Shown here piece by piece: positions 1-13,020 of a DNA stretch of 64,000 nucleotides. The notes below the pieces were generated by a model, which searched no databases, was not told the origin of the DNA, and worked only from the letters and a program-made list of their open reading frames with translations. Source of the DNA: Dicyema japonicum (lineage: Eukaryota > Animalia > Dicyemida); contig RDEW01000021.1 of the NCBI GenBank assembly GCA_011109175.1, positions 920,513 through 984,512 of the forward strand, given 5' to 3'. Position 1 is the stretch's first letter. Every line of letters starts with the position of its first letter. The position numbers and the translations under genes were made by a program.

Positions 1-196
1 AAAGAACCATTATATTACTGGGAAGAGAAGATCTGGTCGACCGAGGATTCGGTGGCTATCCACGGAAGAAGACGTCACGGGAATGCCTACATCAAAGCTA
101 CTCAAAATTGCGATGGATCGGGGAGATTAGAGAAAATTGGCTCATGAGATCTCCAAGAATCTGACACGATGTAATTTGGATAACATAACATTATAG
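1..196 (+). mobile_element. 3' end of RTE-like LINE
   Basis: Frame 2 reads GKRRSGRPRIRWL...LLKIAMDRGD*RKLAH, the RTE C-terminal motif with one TAG, followed by an ATAAC-repeat tail. Confidence 0.7.
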
Positions 197-1331
197 TGGG
201 GTCTTAAATTATGATATTATTTATTCATACAACCACAGTTATTACAGATTTTCATATGCTTTCGCGATTACAGATTGTTTGGCATAAGAGATTGTAAAGT
301 TAATTCATAATCAACGAATAAATATGAAGACTTATCATTTGAATAATATTTTTTTTCACTTAATAGAAATACTAAATAAATGATGAGAAAAAACCTATAA
401 AATCACAACATCGTCGATCATTTCTATATGAAATTAAACTATTAGGTTTTTATCAAACTTCCACAAATTTATTCAGTTCACCCAGTACGAGTGGAATGTA
501 TCCTTTTAATGAATCACTTCTTTTCCAAGTATCCACCATCATGGGAATCCCTCCATTGGAGTAGGTATCTTTTTTAGATGACGATCAGACATTAAGGGTA
601 TCAGACCCGAACGGAAACCTTCGACATAAGTAACGGTGTGGAATTTGACCCCACAGATAATCTTGACACGAACGACAGCATTAACTACTGCACTACGATT
701 ATGAAAATTATGGTTCGCATGCCAAACAAAGAGTTACTATTCTCAGGCGCTAGCTGAACTTCATAGCTTCTGAGGGTCTCTGAGCCGTGACAAGATTGCT
801 TTTCTGATCTAACAATAATTATTTGACTCGTCGACAAAACACTATAGAGGGTTCATAGCTGATTGGGACGAAACAATATCCAAAACTAATTATTTTTAAT
901 CTTCTTCTGTTTTGTATTTGAGTGAGTGTGGTTAATTTTCTGTTTGGAAGTTGAGATCTAGTGGTTTATGAATGATGCCTTATCTATTGTGACCGTTTTT
1001 TTTGCAATTACAGATCTAAATTTAGCGTGATTATCCTATAAACTTGTAAAACTTTTAGTAATGCAGAATTTCATAATATCGGTTGATTTTATACAGCTTT
1101 TGGACAGCAACTGTTATCGGAGCATATCAGGCATATAGGTTTTCGATTATCGTCAATAAAGAAATCGTCATTATAAAATTTGTTCACGGGCCATTTTTAA
1201 ATCTCCGCGTGACGCCATTTGCCGACCACTAGCATAGAAGATAAATTTAATGTAAAATAATTCGATTAGTTTTTTTAATTAGTATTTTTTAAAATTATTA
1301 TTTTAATATAAAATCTGTAATTTTTAAACAT

Positions 1332-3725
1332 ATGCAAATTCCTTCTTTGTATGCACTTTGCATTAATGATTTTCGAAAAAACATTAATATGAATAAATAT
1401 GGTGGATTAAGCTCAAAATCGAAGACGATGATTTGCAAAAGAATACATTATGAAATTGAATATTTGAAAGAACACAATTCACTGAAGATATTATCAGTGT
1501 TCAATGATTTCTCAACACTAAGTAAACTCACAGAAGTATGTTATAACATTTTCCGGCTTGATTTGTCGACAAATCAAATCGACATTAAAGATTTAGCAAA
1601 TTTGTGCCAAAATCTACCAAATTTAACGAATATCAAATTAGCTAAAATAGCATCTTCTGAGAATTCGCCATATCTTCAGTATTCTCCAAATAATATCAAT
1701 TCTTTCACACTTTTGGAATATGATGACCCAGTTTTACTTCATTTGCTATTTAAAAGTGGATTCAGCGAAATTAGGTCACTCGAACTTTTATCAGATTCTC
1801 TTCTTGAAAAAAGTACTCCAACAAAAATTTATTGCTGCACAGTCAAGCTGATCAGAAAACTCGAAAGTATTAATTTTGACAATGTTCTGATATCCAATTT
1901 CGAAGAATTTTCCCAAAGTCTTGCCAGTCCCAGATCTCTAAAGTTTCTATTTTGTTAGATTAAGATATTTTTCCTACACAAACAGTAAAAATGTGCACAA
2001 ATTAAGCTGTGATTGTAGACCGTTGTTAAAATTAGCCAAGAATTTAAAATTCTTGGATTTGTCTGGATTCTCGATTGATTATGAATTATTAAAACCGTAT
2101 TTTAATGTATAGATTTTTAGAGAACTGTCCAAAAAAAAGATTAACGAATTTTGCTTTCAAAAAATATCGCAATTTTTCAAAACTAATGTCAATGTTATAT
2201 TATTAATTGTAGATAGAATCAAACTTACTGGTAGATAATTTGGTTAATGCAATTTTTCACTTTGAGTATAAAGACGGGCTGCTTTCTTCTACTTTAATTT
2301 ATATTAATGATTGCGACTCTGAAATTCGGCCTTCGATTTATAAAAGATTTTTGAGGGTATTTGAAATTATAATATTTAAGTTTATCTGCCGCTTGTTGAA
2401 AACATCACGAAATACTAAGCTTATTCAACAGATTATGTAATCGTGTGCGTTGATTTGATAGGTATTGCTTAAAACCCATGAATGGAGTGACCATATCTGA
2501 ATCTTATCGATGGTTTGAGTTCATGTTAACTTAGCCTTATTTATGAAGCTGCCCTTGTTATTCTAGAAGAATATTGTTCTCATAATAAGGTAGTTTCATT
2601 TTTATTTGTTTCAGTTCAGAAAATTATTATACACCGTTTTGGAATGGATAAAACCATGGGAGTTATCAAATTTTGTATTTTGTTTGTTCATTTTAGTTAT
2701 TTTCTTTTTCGTTTATTACTCAAACATTCATGAAAGATGTTTACTCATACATTGAACTATATATGGATGATGTTGATGTCATGTACCCCACAATGAAGAG
2801 TCAAAGTATAGAAGTTTTGTCTTATTTCGGATTTTACTGAATAATAGAGGTAATTGGTTAACTTAGATTTTAGTCAATTGTGAATAATTTCGAAGAGTAC
2901 GAGGAACTAGAAGATTATCCTTATTTTAATATGTCATGGAGAATTTTGTGGTATCTTGTAGGTGATTTTTTACCCTATTTTTTAGATGCAAACGAAAAAA
3001 ATGCAACTTTGTTTGTTGATTTGGGAGGGATTGATATTATTAGCGACTCCTTTGATCAATTTCAAGAAAATGTTGGTTTTTCAGATGATAACTTTATATA
3101 TCCAGTTGTTAATGTTTTTGAAAATCTAACTAAATTCGTAAAAATTCGACCTCTGGTTAGGAAGAGTAGACTAATTAATTGTGTATTGTATGTTTTGTGT
3201 AATTTTGATAGGGCAAATGTCTATTACGAACATTGCCCGGAGATATATGCTGCCATCTGCAATGGTCTATCAAACATAATGAGTGACTTCACTAATGACA
3301 TGGAGATTTGCGATATTTTTGATACTGAAAATAAAAACATGTCTGAAAATATTCTTAATGCAATTGCTTTCTGTTCAAATGATAATATGGAATATGAACT
3401 CTATGACGGATATTATCGGTTAGATATCATTTATACAAAAGATCGATTGATTCACTCGTAAATTTATTAAATGAGGATTTGGACCAAAGACTATGGCTTT
3501 GGGCCATTTGGGAATTTTCTCAAATGATTTCTTACAAGCGTAATATTTGTTGATTCAGTAGCACAAATATTTATCCCAATGATGATTCCTAAAAATGTCT
3601 TCAGCAAAATTGAGACTCTGTCTTCACTCTCTAATATCAAGGATCTACAAGAATATGCCACGACGTTTGAAGAATCTTATAATGTATGTTTTGTATGATT
3701 TTAGAAATATCTTTCGAATCATTAA
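1332..3725 (+). CDS. ZER1/ZYG11-family CRL2 substrate receptor (LRR + ARM), multi-exon, copy 1
   Basis: N-terminal BC/VHL-box-like PSLYALC and LRR-like segments. ARM region SWRILWYL..NATLFVDLGGIDII..VVNVFENLTKFVKIRPLV..CNGLSNIMSD parallels ZER1 SWSALWNI..MLGLLGNVAEVKELRPQL..ACGVLSHIMFD. Removing introns 3419-3441 and 3540-3558 gives YYRSIDSLVNLL..RLWLWAIWEF, matching ZER1 NYRSFEPILRLL..HWATWALYNL. Middle exons not fully resolved. Confidence 0.75.
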
Positions 3726-4039
3726 TATTAATGATATTTTCTTTATTTAATATTTTTGTTATTAATGATAATTTCTTTATATAACTTAAAACTTTTTGAT
3801 GACGTTAGGTTTAAGTTATTTTTAATATATCATGTCACAGTGACTACCGATCACCAATATTGCCTGTGAATTATTATCATCAAAAAATAAACAAAAATTT
3901 TAAAATCAATAGTTATTAACTAAATGAATGTTGTCAAGAGACCCGTAGAGATATAATATGTGACATGCTGTACTGGTTACCAACACCTGCTATATGTAAC
4001 CTGACAGCTGACATAGTTATCCTATATTTCGACATGTTA

Positions 4040-4760
4040 CGAAATAGGTACTACCAAGTCCGCCAGTTGGCCAAGACTGTTCATCCCGGTACCTCCTATC
4101 CTTGTTAGCCATCCATATTCTGGTCTAGGCTGTTGTGCATCCTATTTTATCTCCAGAACGTTGTAATTACAAAGCCAGTACGCCCTTTTCCAGTTAGTTC
4201 TCCTTTTGTAGGTCCTTTCCCCAGTTTGTTATCCACGGTGGTCCCAAACCATCCTGCAGGGACCGATGATGTGGTTAACAAAGTCCCGTGTAGATCCCAG
4301 TTCGAATGTAGGGAACAATTGGTGTGGATACCAACTCCAGTATGACTTCCACAGTAGTCCCAGGTCCTGTAGGGATCAATGGCCTGGATAACAAAGTCCC
4401 GTGTAGATCCGGATACGAATGTAGAGATCAATTGGTGTGGGTACTAGGTCCAACTTGTAAATATCCGGAGATTTTGACCCTTTGGCTACTGTGTCCCCTA
4501 AAAAGTTCTTTCGTTTTTGTAGATTATGCCCATTCGGCCCGTAGTATGTTTCTCCACCTTGTAATATGTTCCTTCGTCTTGTAGAATAAGTTCATTCGAC
4601 TTGTAATACGTTTCTTCGCTTTGAGGAGAATTTCTTGCAGTGCAATAGGTTCCTTCGTCTTGTAGTATGGCCCTTGTAATGTGGATCTTCGCCTTGAAAC
4701 TCCTTCGACTTGAGAACATGAAAGTACACCAGTGGCACCACCTCCATCAAATCATTTGTA
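4040..4760. repeat. Unidentified cassette with internal ~113-bp and short direct repeats (second copy 11585-12310)
   Basis: TAACAAAGTCCCGTGTAGATCC..GAATGTAG..CAATTGGTGTGG occurs at 4276 and 4389; GTTCCTTCGTCTTGTAG occurs twice; near-identical copy in unit 2. Confidence 0.7.
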
Positions 4761-4789
4761 ACTATGGAACACCTTGACTCTTTTTACAG

Positions 4790-5080
4790 AGGCCAACGAA
4801 TAAAACTCCTTGGATACTCTTGGCCAAAGAAAAATCAAACAATAAATTGACCAATAAGTCTAAACGTACTTTACCACGCTGATGCATTTTTGGACATATT
4901 CTACGGATAGATGAACAGACACCATGAAATGCTGCCATGGATGAATTTTTTCGGCTATACCGTATCTCCCGCATTCAGAGTATTTCAAAGAAGATGTCTT
5001 CCAAGGCACTCGCGGAGGATTACCCAATGATCGGAGGCAATTGCTGGATGCGGATGATCTTATGCCAGAAACTGCTTTAC
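4790..5080 (+). mobile_element. LINE (RTE-like) C-terminal fragment; second copy 12340-12640
   Basis: LPRWCIFGHILRIDEQTPCNAAMEEFF resembles the LINE RW.LFGHILR..E.TP motif. Confidence 0.6.
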
Positions 5081-5667
5081 AGGTTTTATTTTTATTCATA
5101 TAGATCTGAAAATTTTTTTTGATTGATGAAACTGATATCCGAAGACAGAAATATGTCAATACACTTATTGGAAAAATTTCTGATCCTAAAAAAATATTTT
5201 TTATATCTCGTCGTCATTGTCTTCTGCGGCTAACTCTTCGATTATCTGTCAGATTATTGACGATGTTCTAAGGAATTTTGTGATGGATCGCGAAGACGCT
5301 GTAGAAAATATTTAGAAATTACATTTATGGGAAGACTTATGTGAAATCAGGAAATACTTGAATCAAGAAAGTATGTTAATCAAGTACTTTATATCACAAA
5401 AAAGGAAAAAAAACAAATTTCTCCATATGCATAAAACTATCTTAAAAAGTGTCCTTCCACATCATAAGTTGAGAGAAGTTTTTCTTTATTAAAAAAATTA
5501 CTATCTAAATTTTAAACCCGAAGTTGTTTGAATTATTTATTTTGTATTTTAATAAAAATTTTAATTAGTTTTTTTATATTAAAAAAATTTCGTTGCAGAT
5601 ATATTTATCATAAAGTCAAAAAAGGTCAAAATTTCCGATATATAAAGTCAAAATAAAAATCTTCCAA
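5080..5667 (+). mobile_element. Right half of non-autonomous hAT element
   Basis: Matches 24840-24940, 25590-25740 and 26150-26300; ATAAAGTCAAAA subterminal motifs; ends AAAAATCTTCCAA followed by TTTATTAG. Confidence 0.75.
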
Positions 5668-6130
5668 TTTATTAGAGAAGGGAGATTTGTCTGTAAGACA
5701 AAGGATCAGAGAAATCTATCTTGACATGAAGACAAGAATAATAATCGATTTTTTTCTAAAAGTAGAATGAATTTATTTGACATTGTGGACTTTGTTTATT
5801 CCAAAGTGTTTCAAGTGGGAAATAAACGGGCCTTTGGGTACTGAGAAATTGACGTTTTTTATTTGTTATGAATCATTGAGATAGAAATTGTATGTAAGTT
5901 ATCCCGTGTTAGTGTACACCAGCTGTATATCATCACAATGCAAAGATAGCAGCAAAGAACTTTGGAAGAAGAGTTGGTTCCGTAGATACTGTACATTTTT
6001 GATTTCTGCGTTCCAGCTAACGATCTGTTTTCTACGAATAAAAAACTGGAGAAATAAAAAAATATGACTAGAAGATATCTTCAAATACAAAGATAATTTG
6101 AATTGGAGACAGTTTTGCTGCAATATAGAG
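5668..6130 (+). mobile_element. Degenerate LINE reverse transcriptase remnant
   Basis: LLEKGDLSVRQRIREIYLDMKTRIII resembles the RT segment after motif 3; stops follow. Confidence 0.5.
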
Positions 6131-6259
6131 ATAGAGAAAATTACACCATTTTTTTATCTTGAAGACCCAATCATGCGTACATTATTCAGTTTGAAATTTT
6201 GAATATGGCTTTGATTTCAAAAAGATCTAATATAATCTCATTAATGTCTACTTAAAAAG

Positions 6260-6570
6260 TTTCCGGATAGCGCAGTGTGAAGTTGTCGGGCAGAGGCATG
6301 AAGGGTGCTAGTTAGAATCTCGATACTGCACATTTCGGTTGGAGGTTCCATGCATCAATATGCTTTTGTTTGACGAGTCGCCGTCATCAGTGAACTTCAC
6401 TGCGGAATCGGATCGTCTATAAAGGACATACATCCAAGAAAAAGAAACAAAGAAGTGAAAAGCAGTCCTTGGTCTTACTTGATTCTTTGCTTAAAATAAA
6501 GTGTGTGTTCTGCCTACGAGGAGCGATAACAAATATGGCTCCTCAGAAAGTGAAAATATTATTATGTCTA
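6260..6570 (+). mobile_element. tRNA-derived SINE (family S1)
   Basis: A-box-like TAGCGCAGTGT at 6268 and B-box-like GTTAGAATC at 6311; body TTTGACGAG..CGTCATCAGTGAAC.TCACTGCGGA shared with several other copies. Confidence 0.7.
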
Positions 6571-7491
6571 CTTATGAAAATTACGCTAATAATTATATTA
6601 AACAGACTGACATAGAATAAAATACACAAACTTACAAATTTATAGTATAGAACAGTGTCCGCAGATATTTGGCTTCGCGTGCCAAAATTTTATTGTTTAT
6701 TAGATGTAGGACAAACGAAAATGATTATTAACTTTTAAAAAGAAGTGAATTTAAAAAAATAAATTATTAACGTCTACGTTTATCTAGTTAGTTGCAAAAA
6801 GTATATATCGTTAATATGCAAATCAGTCATCTTCGTTCTTAGACAATTTTTTACATTATTCATCTTACTGGTCACATAAAAATGCACTTCCAACTATAGA
6901 AGTCATTTTCGATTAGATGTTGATATTTTTTACATATACAAAATTTTTTGTAGAACTCAAAATATCAAATCCAGAAAAAATTTTTAATTGTAGTGTCGCA
7001 TTGAATTTTAAGTAATTCCATTTGATAACAATCTGTTGTTTTATAAAGCTTTTGGACAGCAACTGTTATCGAAGCATATCAGGCATATAGGATTTCCTTA
7101 TCCTCAATAAAAAAAATTGTCATGAGTCAAATCTGCATTAAATGTAGGAGTTTGTAAATCTTTCATTCTTTTCGGACATTCGGAATTTTAATTGGCAACA
7201 AAATTTATTAACACGTTTAGAAATTTATTTAATTTTTAATGATAAGTAAAAAAATAAAAAATATTATACTAAATAGCCCGCGGGCCAATTTAGTTAGAAA
7301 ATTTTGTAGACGGGCCAATTTCCTTTAGTATTATAAAATTAGTTCACGGACCATTTTTAATTTTCCGCGGGACACCATTTGCCGACCACTAGTATAGAAG
7401 ATAAATTTAATGTAAAATAATTCGATTAGTTTTTTTTTAATTATATTTTTAAAATTATTATTTTAATATAAAATCTGTAATTTTTAAACAA

Positions 7492-9616
7492 ATGCAAATT
7501 CCTTCTTTGTATGCACTTTGCATTAATGACTTTCGAAAAAACATTAATATGAATAAATATGGTGGATTAAGCTCAAAATCGAAGACGATGATTTGCAAAA
7601 GAATACATTATGAAATTGAATATTTGAAAGAACACAATTAACTGAAGATATTATCAGTGTTCAATGATTTCTCAACACTAAGTGAACTCACAGAAGTATG
7701 TTATAACATTTTCCGCCTTGATTTGTCGACTAATCAAATCGACATTAAAGATTTAGCAAATTTGTGCCTAAATCTACCAAATTTAACGAATATCAAATTA
7801 GCTAAAATAGCATCTTCTGAGAATTCGCCATATCTTCAGTATTCTCCAAATAATATCAATTCTTTCACTCTTTTGGCATATGATCACCCAGTTTTACTTC
7901 ATTTGCTATTTAAAAGTGGATTCAGNNNNNNNNNNNNNNNNNNNNNNNNNNNNNNNNNNNNNNNNNNNNNNNNNNNNNNNNNNNNNNNNNNNNNNNNNNN
8001 NNNNNNNNNNNNNNNNNNNNNNNNNNNNNNNNNNNNNNNNNNNNNNNNNNNNNNNNNNNNNNNNNNNNNNNNNNNNNNNNNNNNNNNNNNNNNNNNNNNN
8101 NNNNNNNNNNNNNNNNNNNNNNNNNNNNNNNNNNNNNNNNNNNNNNNNNNNNNNNNNNNNNNNNNNNNNNNNNNNNNNNNNNNNNNNNNNNNNNNNNNNN
8201 NNNNNNNNNNNNNNNNNNNNNNNNNNNNNNNNNNNNNNNNNNNNNNNNNNNNNNNNNNNNNNNNNNNNNNNNNNNNNNNNNNNNNNNNNNNNNNNNNNNN
8301 NNNNNNNNNNNNNNNNNNNNNNNNNNNNNNNNNNNNNNNNNNNNNNNNNNNNNNNNNNNNNNNNNNNNNNNNNNNNNNNNNNNNNNNNNNNNNNNNNNNN
8401 NNNNNNNNNNNNNNNNNNNNNNNNNNNNNNNNNNNNNNNNNNNNNNNNNNNNNNNNNNNNNNNNNNNNNNNNNNNNNNNNNNNNNNNNNNNNNNNNNNNN
8501 NNNNNNNNNNNNNNNNNNNNNNNNNNNNNNNNNNNNNNNNNNNNNNNNNNNNNNNNNNNNNNNNNNNNNNNNNNNNNNNNNNNNNNNNNNNNNNNNNNNN
8601 NNNNNNNNNNNNNNNNNNNNNNNNNNNNNNNNNNNNNNTACATTGAACTATATATGGATGATGTTGATTTCATGTACCACACAATGAAGAGTCAAAGTAT
8701 AGAAGTTTTGTCTTATTTTGGATATAACGAAATAATCAAGGTTATTGGTTAATTTTGAATTTAGTCAATTGTGAATAATTTTGAAAAATACAAGCAACTA
8801 AAAGATTATCATTATTTTAATATGTCATGTAGAATTTTGTGGTATCTTGTAGGTGATTTTTTACCCTATTTTTTAGATGCAAGCGAAAAAAATGCAACTT
8901 TGTTTGTTGATTTGGGAGGGATTGATATTATTAGCGACTCCTTTGATCAATTTCAAGAAAATGTTGGTTTTTCAAATGATAACTTTATATATCCAGTTGT
9001 CAATGTTTTTGAAAATCTAACTAAATTTGTAAAAATTCGACCTCTGGTTAGGAAGAGTAGACTTATTAATTGTGTATTGTATGTTTTGTGTAATTTTGAT
9101 AGGGCAAATGTCTACTACGAACATTGCCCGGATATATTTGCTGCCATCTGCAATGGTCTATCAAACATAATGAGTGACTTCACTAATGACATGGAGATTT
9201 GTGATATTTTTGATACTGAAAATAAAAACATGTCTGAAAATATTCTTAATGCAATTGCTTTCTGTTCAAATGATAATATGGAATATGAACTCTATGACGG
9301 ATATTATCGGTTAGATATCATTTATACAAAAGATCGATTGATTCACTCGTAAATTTATTAAATGAGGATCTGGACCAAAGACTATGGCTTTGGGCCATTT
9401 GGGAATTTTCTCAAATGATTTTTTACAAGCGTAATATTTGTTGATTCAGTAGCACAAATATTTATCCCAATGATGATTCCTAAAAATGTCTTCAGGAAAA
9501 TTGAGACTCTTTCTTCACTCTCTAATATCAAGGATCTACAAGAATATGCCACGAGGTTTGAAGAATCTTATAATGTATTTTTTGTATAATTTTAGAAATA
9601 TCTTTCTAATCATTAA
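7492..9616 (+). pseudogene. ZER1/ZYG11-like copy 2, in-frame nonsense codon, spans an assembly gap
   Basis: Near-identical to copy 1, but TCA(Ser) is TAA at 7639-7641; N gap 7926-8638. Confidence 0.7.
7926..8638. other. Assembly gap (N run); second gap 14266-14284; single Ns at 16673 and 31288
   Basis: Direct observation. ORFs crossing the gap in the track are artefacts. Confidence 0.99.
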
Positions 9617-9764
9617 TATTAATGATATTTTCTTTATTTAATATTTTTGTTTTAATAACTTAAAACTTTTTGATGTCGTTAGGTTTAAGTTATTTTTAAT
9701 ATATCATGTCACAGGGACTACCGATCACCGGTTAATACCTCATTAAATTTAGTTTTAATAAATA

Positions 9765-10195
9765 TAATTATTTTTTAATCCAAAATAACTTAGAATCTAA
9801 TACATCATAGGGTTTAGATGACTTAGGTAAAATGTTCCACTATCCCATAAAACCTGTTTAAATCAATTTTAATAGGATTTAAAAAAGATGAAATATAATT
9901 ATTTTTTAATCCAAAGTAACTTAGAATCTAATACATCATAGGGTTTAGATGACTTAGGTAAAATGTTCCACTATCCCATAAAACCTGTTTAAATCAATTT
10001 TAATAGGATTTTAAAAAAATGACTTTTATACTTAAAGATGTCGAGGACCTTGATGAAAAGTACAACTTACCATTAGGACTAGTTAAAATCAATTTTTATA
10101 AGATTTAAAAAAGACTTTTATACCTAAATACGTCGAGGACCTTGTCACTTTTATTTACCCATAGGACTCATTAAAATCAATTTTTATGATAATTA
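9765..10195. repeat. AT-rich minisatellite (two ~130-bp units, then two shorter related units)
   Basis: TAACTTAGAATCTAATACATCATAGGGTTTAGATGACTTAGG.. occurs twice; GACTTTTATAC..GTCGAGGACCTTG..TTAAAATCAATTTTTAT occurs twice. Confidence 0.85.
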
Positions 10196-10200
10196 AAAAG

Positions 10201-10500
10201 AGCAGCTGCTTCGACCGCAGAAAACCTAAAAATCAAGAAATATTATTGCCTCGGGGATCGTAACCGATTTACTCCTGTTGCGACCGAATCATCGGGAGCC
10301 GTTGGTCCAATGACGGCTGAATTCTTGCAAGAACTCGGAGGATTGCTTGCCAGAAAGAAAAGGGATCAACGAGAAGGGTTATGGCTAAGACAAAAGATTG
10401 GAATAGCCATACTCCGAGGGAACTCGTTCGCAATCTACGCAGCAGGCTTCCTCAACTGACATTTGTTTAATTGTTAAAAAAAATTAAAAAAAATTAAAAA
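10201..10500 (+). mobile_element. 3' end of CRE-clade (RLE) non-LTR retrotransposon
   Basis: KIKKYYCLGDRNRFTPVATESSGAVGP..WLRQKIGIAILRGNSFAI* followed by an A-rich tail; near-identical copy on the minus strand at ~25760-26045. Confidence 0.85.
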
Positions 10501-10639
10501 AATGACTTTTTATCTAAAAATGTTGTTTTGGTAACATCTCGTGATGTTCTTTGATGAACTTATCTAAAATTTGAGAAAAATAATTGGAGGCCTTTTTGAA
10601 AAGGTCATTTTGAATGGACACGATTTATGAAGTTATTAG

Positions 10640-11290
10640 TAGGGTGATTTTTGTCAATAAAGTCAAAAATTGATATGTTCTTTAAATTGTTTAAAAGTTA
10701 TAAAAATGTAGTTTTCAGTCAAAAAATCAAAAAAAATCAAAAGTTTTTTTTTTTAAAAAATAAATTTTATTATCAAATGAATAAAAATTAAATTAAGGCA
10801 TCTGAATGGCCATGCTATTTCCCCTAACAATTGCCAACGAGATACGTTCTCGGAACCAACCAGTCTCTCGCGGATCCTTGGTCACAGCTTGAATCATGGA
10901 GCCGATTTTACGAACCAACTCATCTGCTTGGGGGCCAAGGATTCCTGACGTCCCACAGCGAATGGAATAAAAAGATACTCCTCCGAAATTCTCAAAAGTT
11001 ATAAAGTCAAAAAATCAAATTTTTGGTAATGTCAAAAAAGGTCAAAATTAATTTTTTAGGTCAATAAAGTGGAAAATATTTTATTTTTTTAATTTTTCGA
11101 GTTTTTTAATAAAATACTATGGTGGGATCATTTATCATCGTTCACTATGTTGCCTCATACAATCAGTAATGACATTGAAAAGATTTACTCTGTTTTAGAA
11201 AATTTTCTGATGAAATTTCTATCAACTCACTCGGAAATTTTTTTTGGAATTTATGTGGGACATTTGTAGCTACTTGGCCACGATATGGGA
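10640..11290 (+). mobile_element. Left part of non-autonomous hAT element, interrupted by a CRE 3' fragment (~10800-10990, minus)
   Basis: Begins TAGGGTGATTTTTGTCAATAAAGTC, like 24220; colinear with 24220-24520. Confidence 0.8.
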
Positions 11291-12794
11291 ACCCCTGCCA
11301 AAATAGCAATACAGGAGTATTTTAATTTGAGGCTTCCTTTTCCACAGCATACGAAGGACAACACTGCCGGTAATCTTAGATGAAGATTTCAGGAGGATTG
11401 GAGAGTTCCTTCAAATGGGGATAATCTAGATATGCTACAGAATATGGCAACGGATCGAAAAAGATAGGCGATGTTAATTAGATTTTTACCTTTTCGTGTT
11501 CCACAAGTATTGTCATGATCTTGTATTGCGTATGTGCCTACAATAATAATTTGTAACTATGAAATGAAAAATTAATTAAACAACATGTTACGAAATTGGT
11601 ACTACCAAGTCCGCCAGTTGGTCATGACTGTTCATCCCGGTACCCCCTTTCTTTGTTAGCCATCCATATTCTGGTCTAGGCTGTTGTGCATCCTATTTTA
11701 TCTCCAGAACGTTGTAATTACAAAGCCAGTACGCCCTTTTCCAGTAAGTTCTCCTTTTGTAGGTCCTTTCCCCAGTTTGTTATCCACGGTGGTCCCAAAC
11801 CATCCTGCAGGGACCGATGATGTGATTAACAAAGTCCCGTGTAGATTCGGGTTCGAATGTAGGGATCAATTGGTGTGGGTACCAACTCCAGTATGACTTC
11901 CACAGTAGTCCCAGGTCCTGTAGGGATCAATGGCCTGGATAACAAAGTCCCGTGTAGATCCGGATACGAATGTAGGGATCAATTGGTGTGGGTACGAGGT
12001 CCAACTTGTAAATATCCGGAGATTTTGATCCTTTGGCTACTGTGTCCCCTAAAAAGTTCTTTCGTTTTTGTAGATTATGCCCATTCGGCCCGTAGTATGT
12101 TTCTCCACCTTGTAATATGTTCCTTCGTCTTGTAGAATAAGTTCATTCGACTTGTAATACGTCTCTTCGCTTTGAGGAGAATTTCTTGCAGTGCAATAGG
12201 TTCCTTCGTCTTGTAGTATGGCCCTTGTAATGTTGATCTTGGCCTTGAAACTCCATCGACTTGAGAACATGAAAGTAGCACCAATCGCACCACCTCCATC
12301 AAATTATTTGTAACTATGGAACAACTTGACTCTTTTCACAGAGGCCAACTAAGAAAACTCCTTGGATACTCTTGGCCAAAGAAAAATCAAACAATAAATT
12401 GACCAATAAGTCTAAACGTACTTTACCACGCTGGTGCATTTTTGGACATATTCTACGGATAGATGAACAGACACCATGCAATGCTGCCATGGAAGAATTT
12501 TTTCGGCTATACCGTATCTCTCGCAGTCAGAGTACTTCCAAAAAGTTGTCTTCCAAGGCACTTGCAGAGGATTACCCTATGATCGGAGGCAACTCATGGA
12601 TGCGGATGATCTTATGCCAGAAACTGCTTTACAGGTTTTATTTTTATTCATATAGATCTGAAAATTTTTTTTTGATTGATGAAACTGATATCCGAAGACA
12701 GAAATATGTCAATACACTTATTGGAAAAATTTCTGATCCCAAAAAAATATTTTTAATATTTCGTCGTCATTGTCTTCTGCAGCTAACTCTAAGG

Positions 12795-13020
12795 TTCCAT
12801 GCATCAATATGCTATTGCTTGACGAGTGACGCCGTCATCAATGAACTTCACTGCAGAAGCGGATCGTCTATAAAGGACATACATCCAAGAAAAAGAAACA
12901 AAGAAGTGAAAAGCAGTCCTTGATCTTACTTGATTCTTTGCTTAAAATAAAGTGTGTGTTCTGCCTACGAAGACCGATAACAAATATGCCTTTTCGGAAA
13001 GTGCAAATATTATTATGTCT
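12795..13020 (+). mobile_element. SINE S1, 5'-truncated
   Basis: Matches 6345-6570. Confidence 0.7.

Noticed and set aside
1190-1235. GC-rich motif ending CCACTAG as a Helitron 3' end (also 7360-7395)
   Set aside because: The hairpin is weak, no 5' end is identifiable, and it may simply be the ZER1-like promoter.
7657-8752. Long ORFs of 258-329 aa in the track
   Set aside because: They run through the 713-nt N gap.
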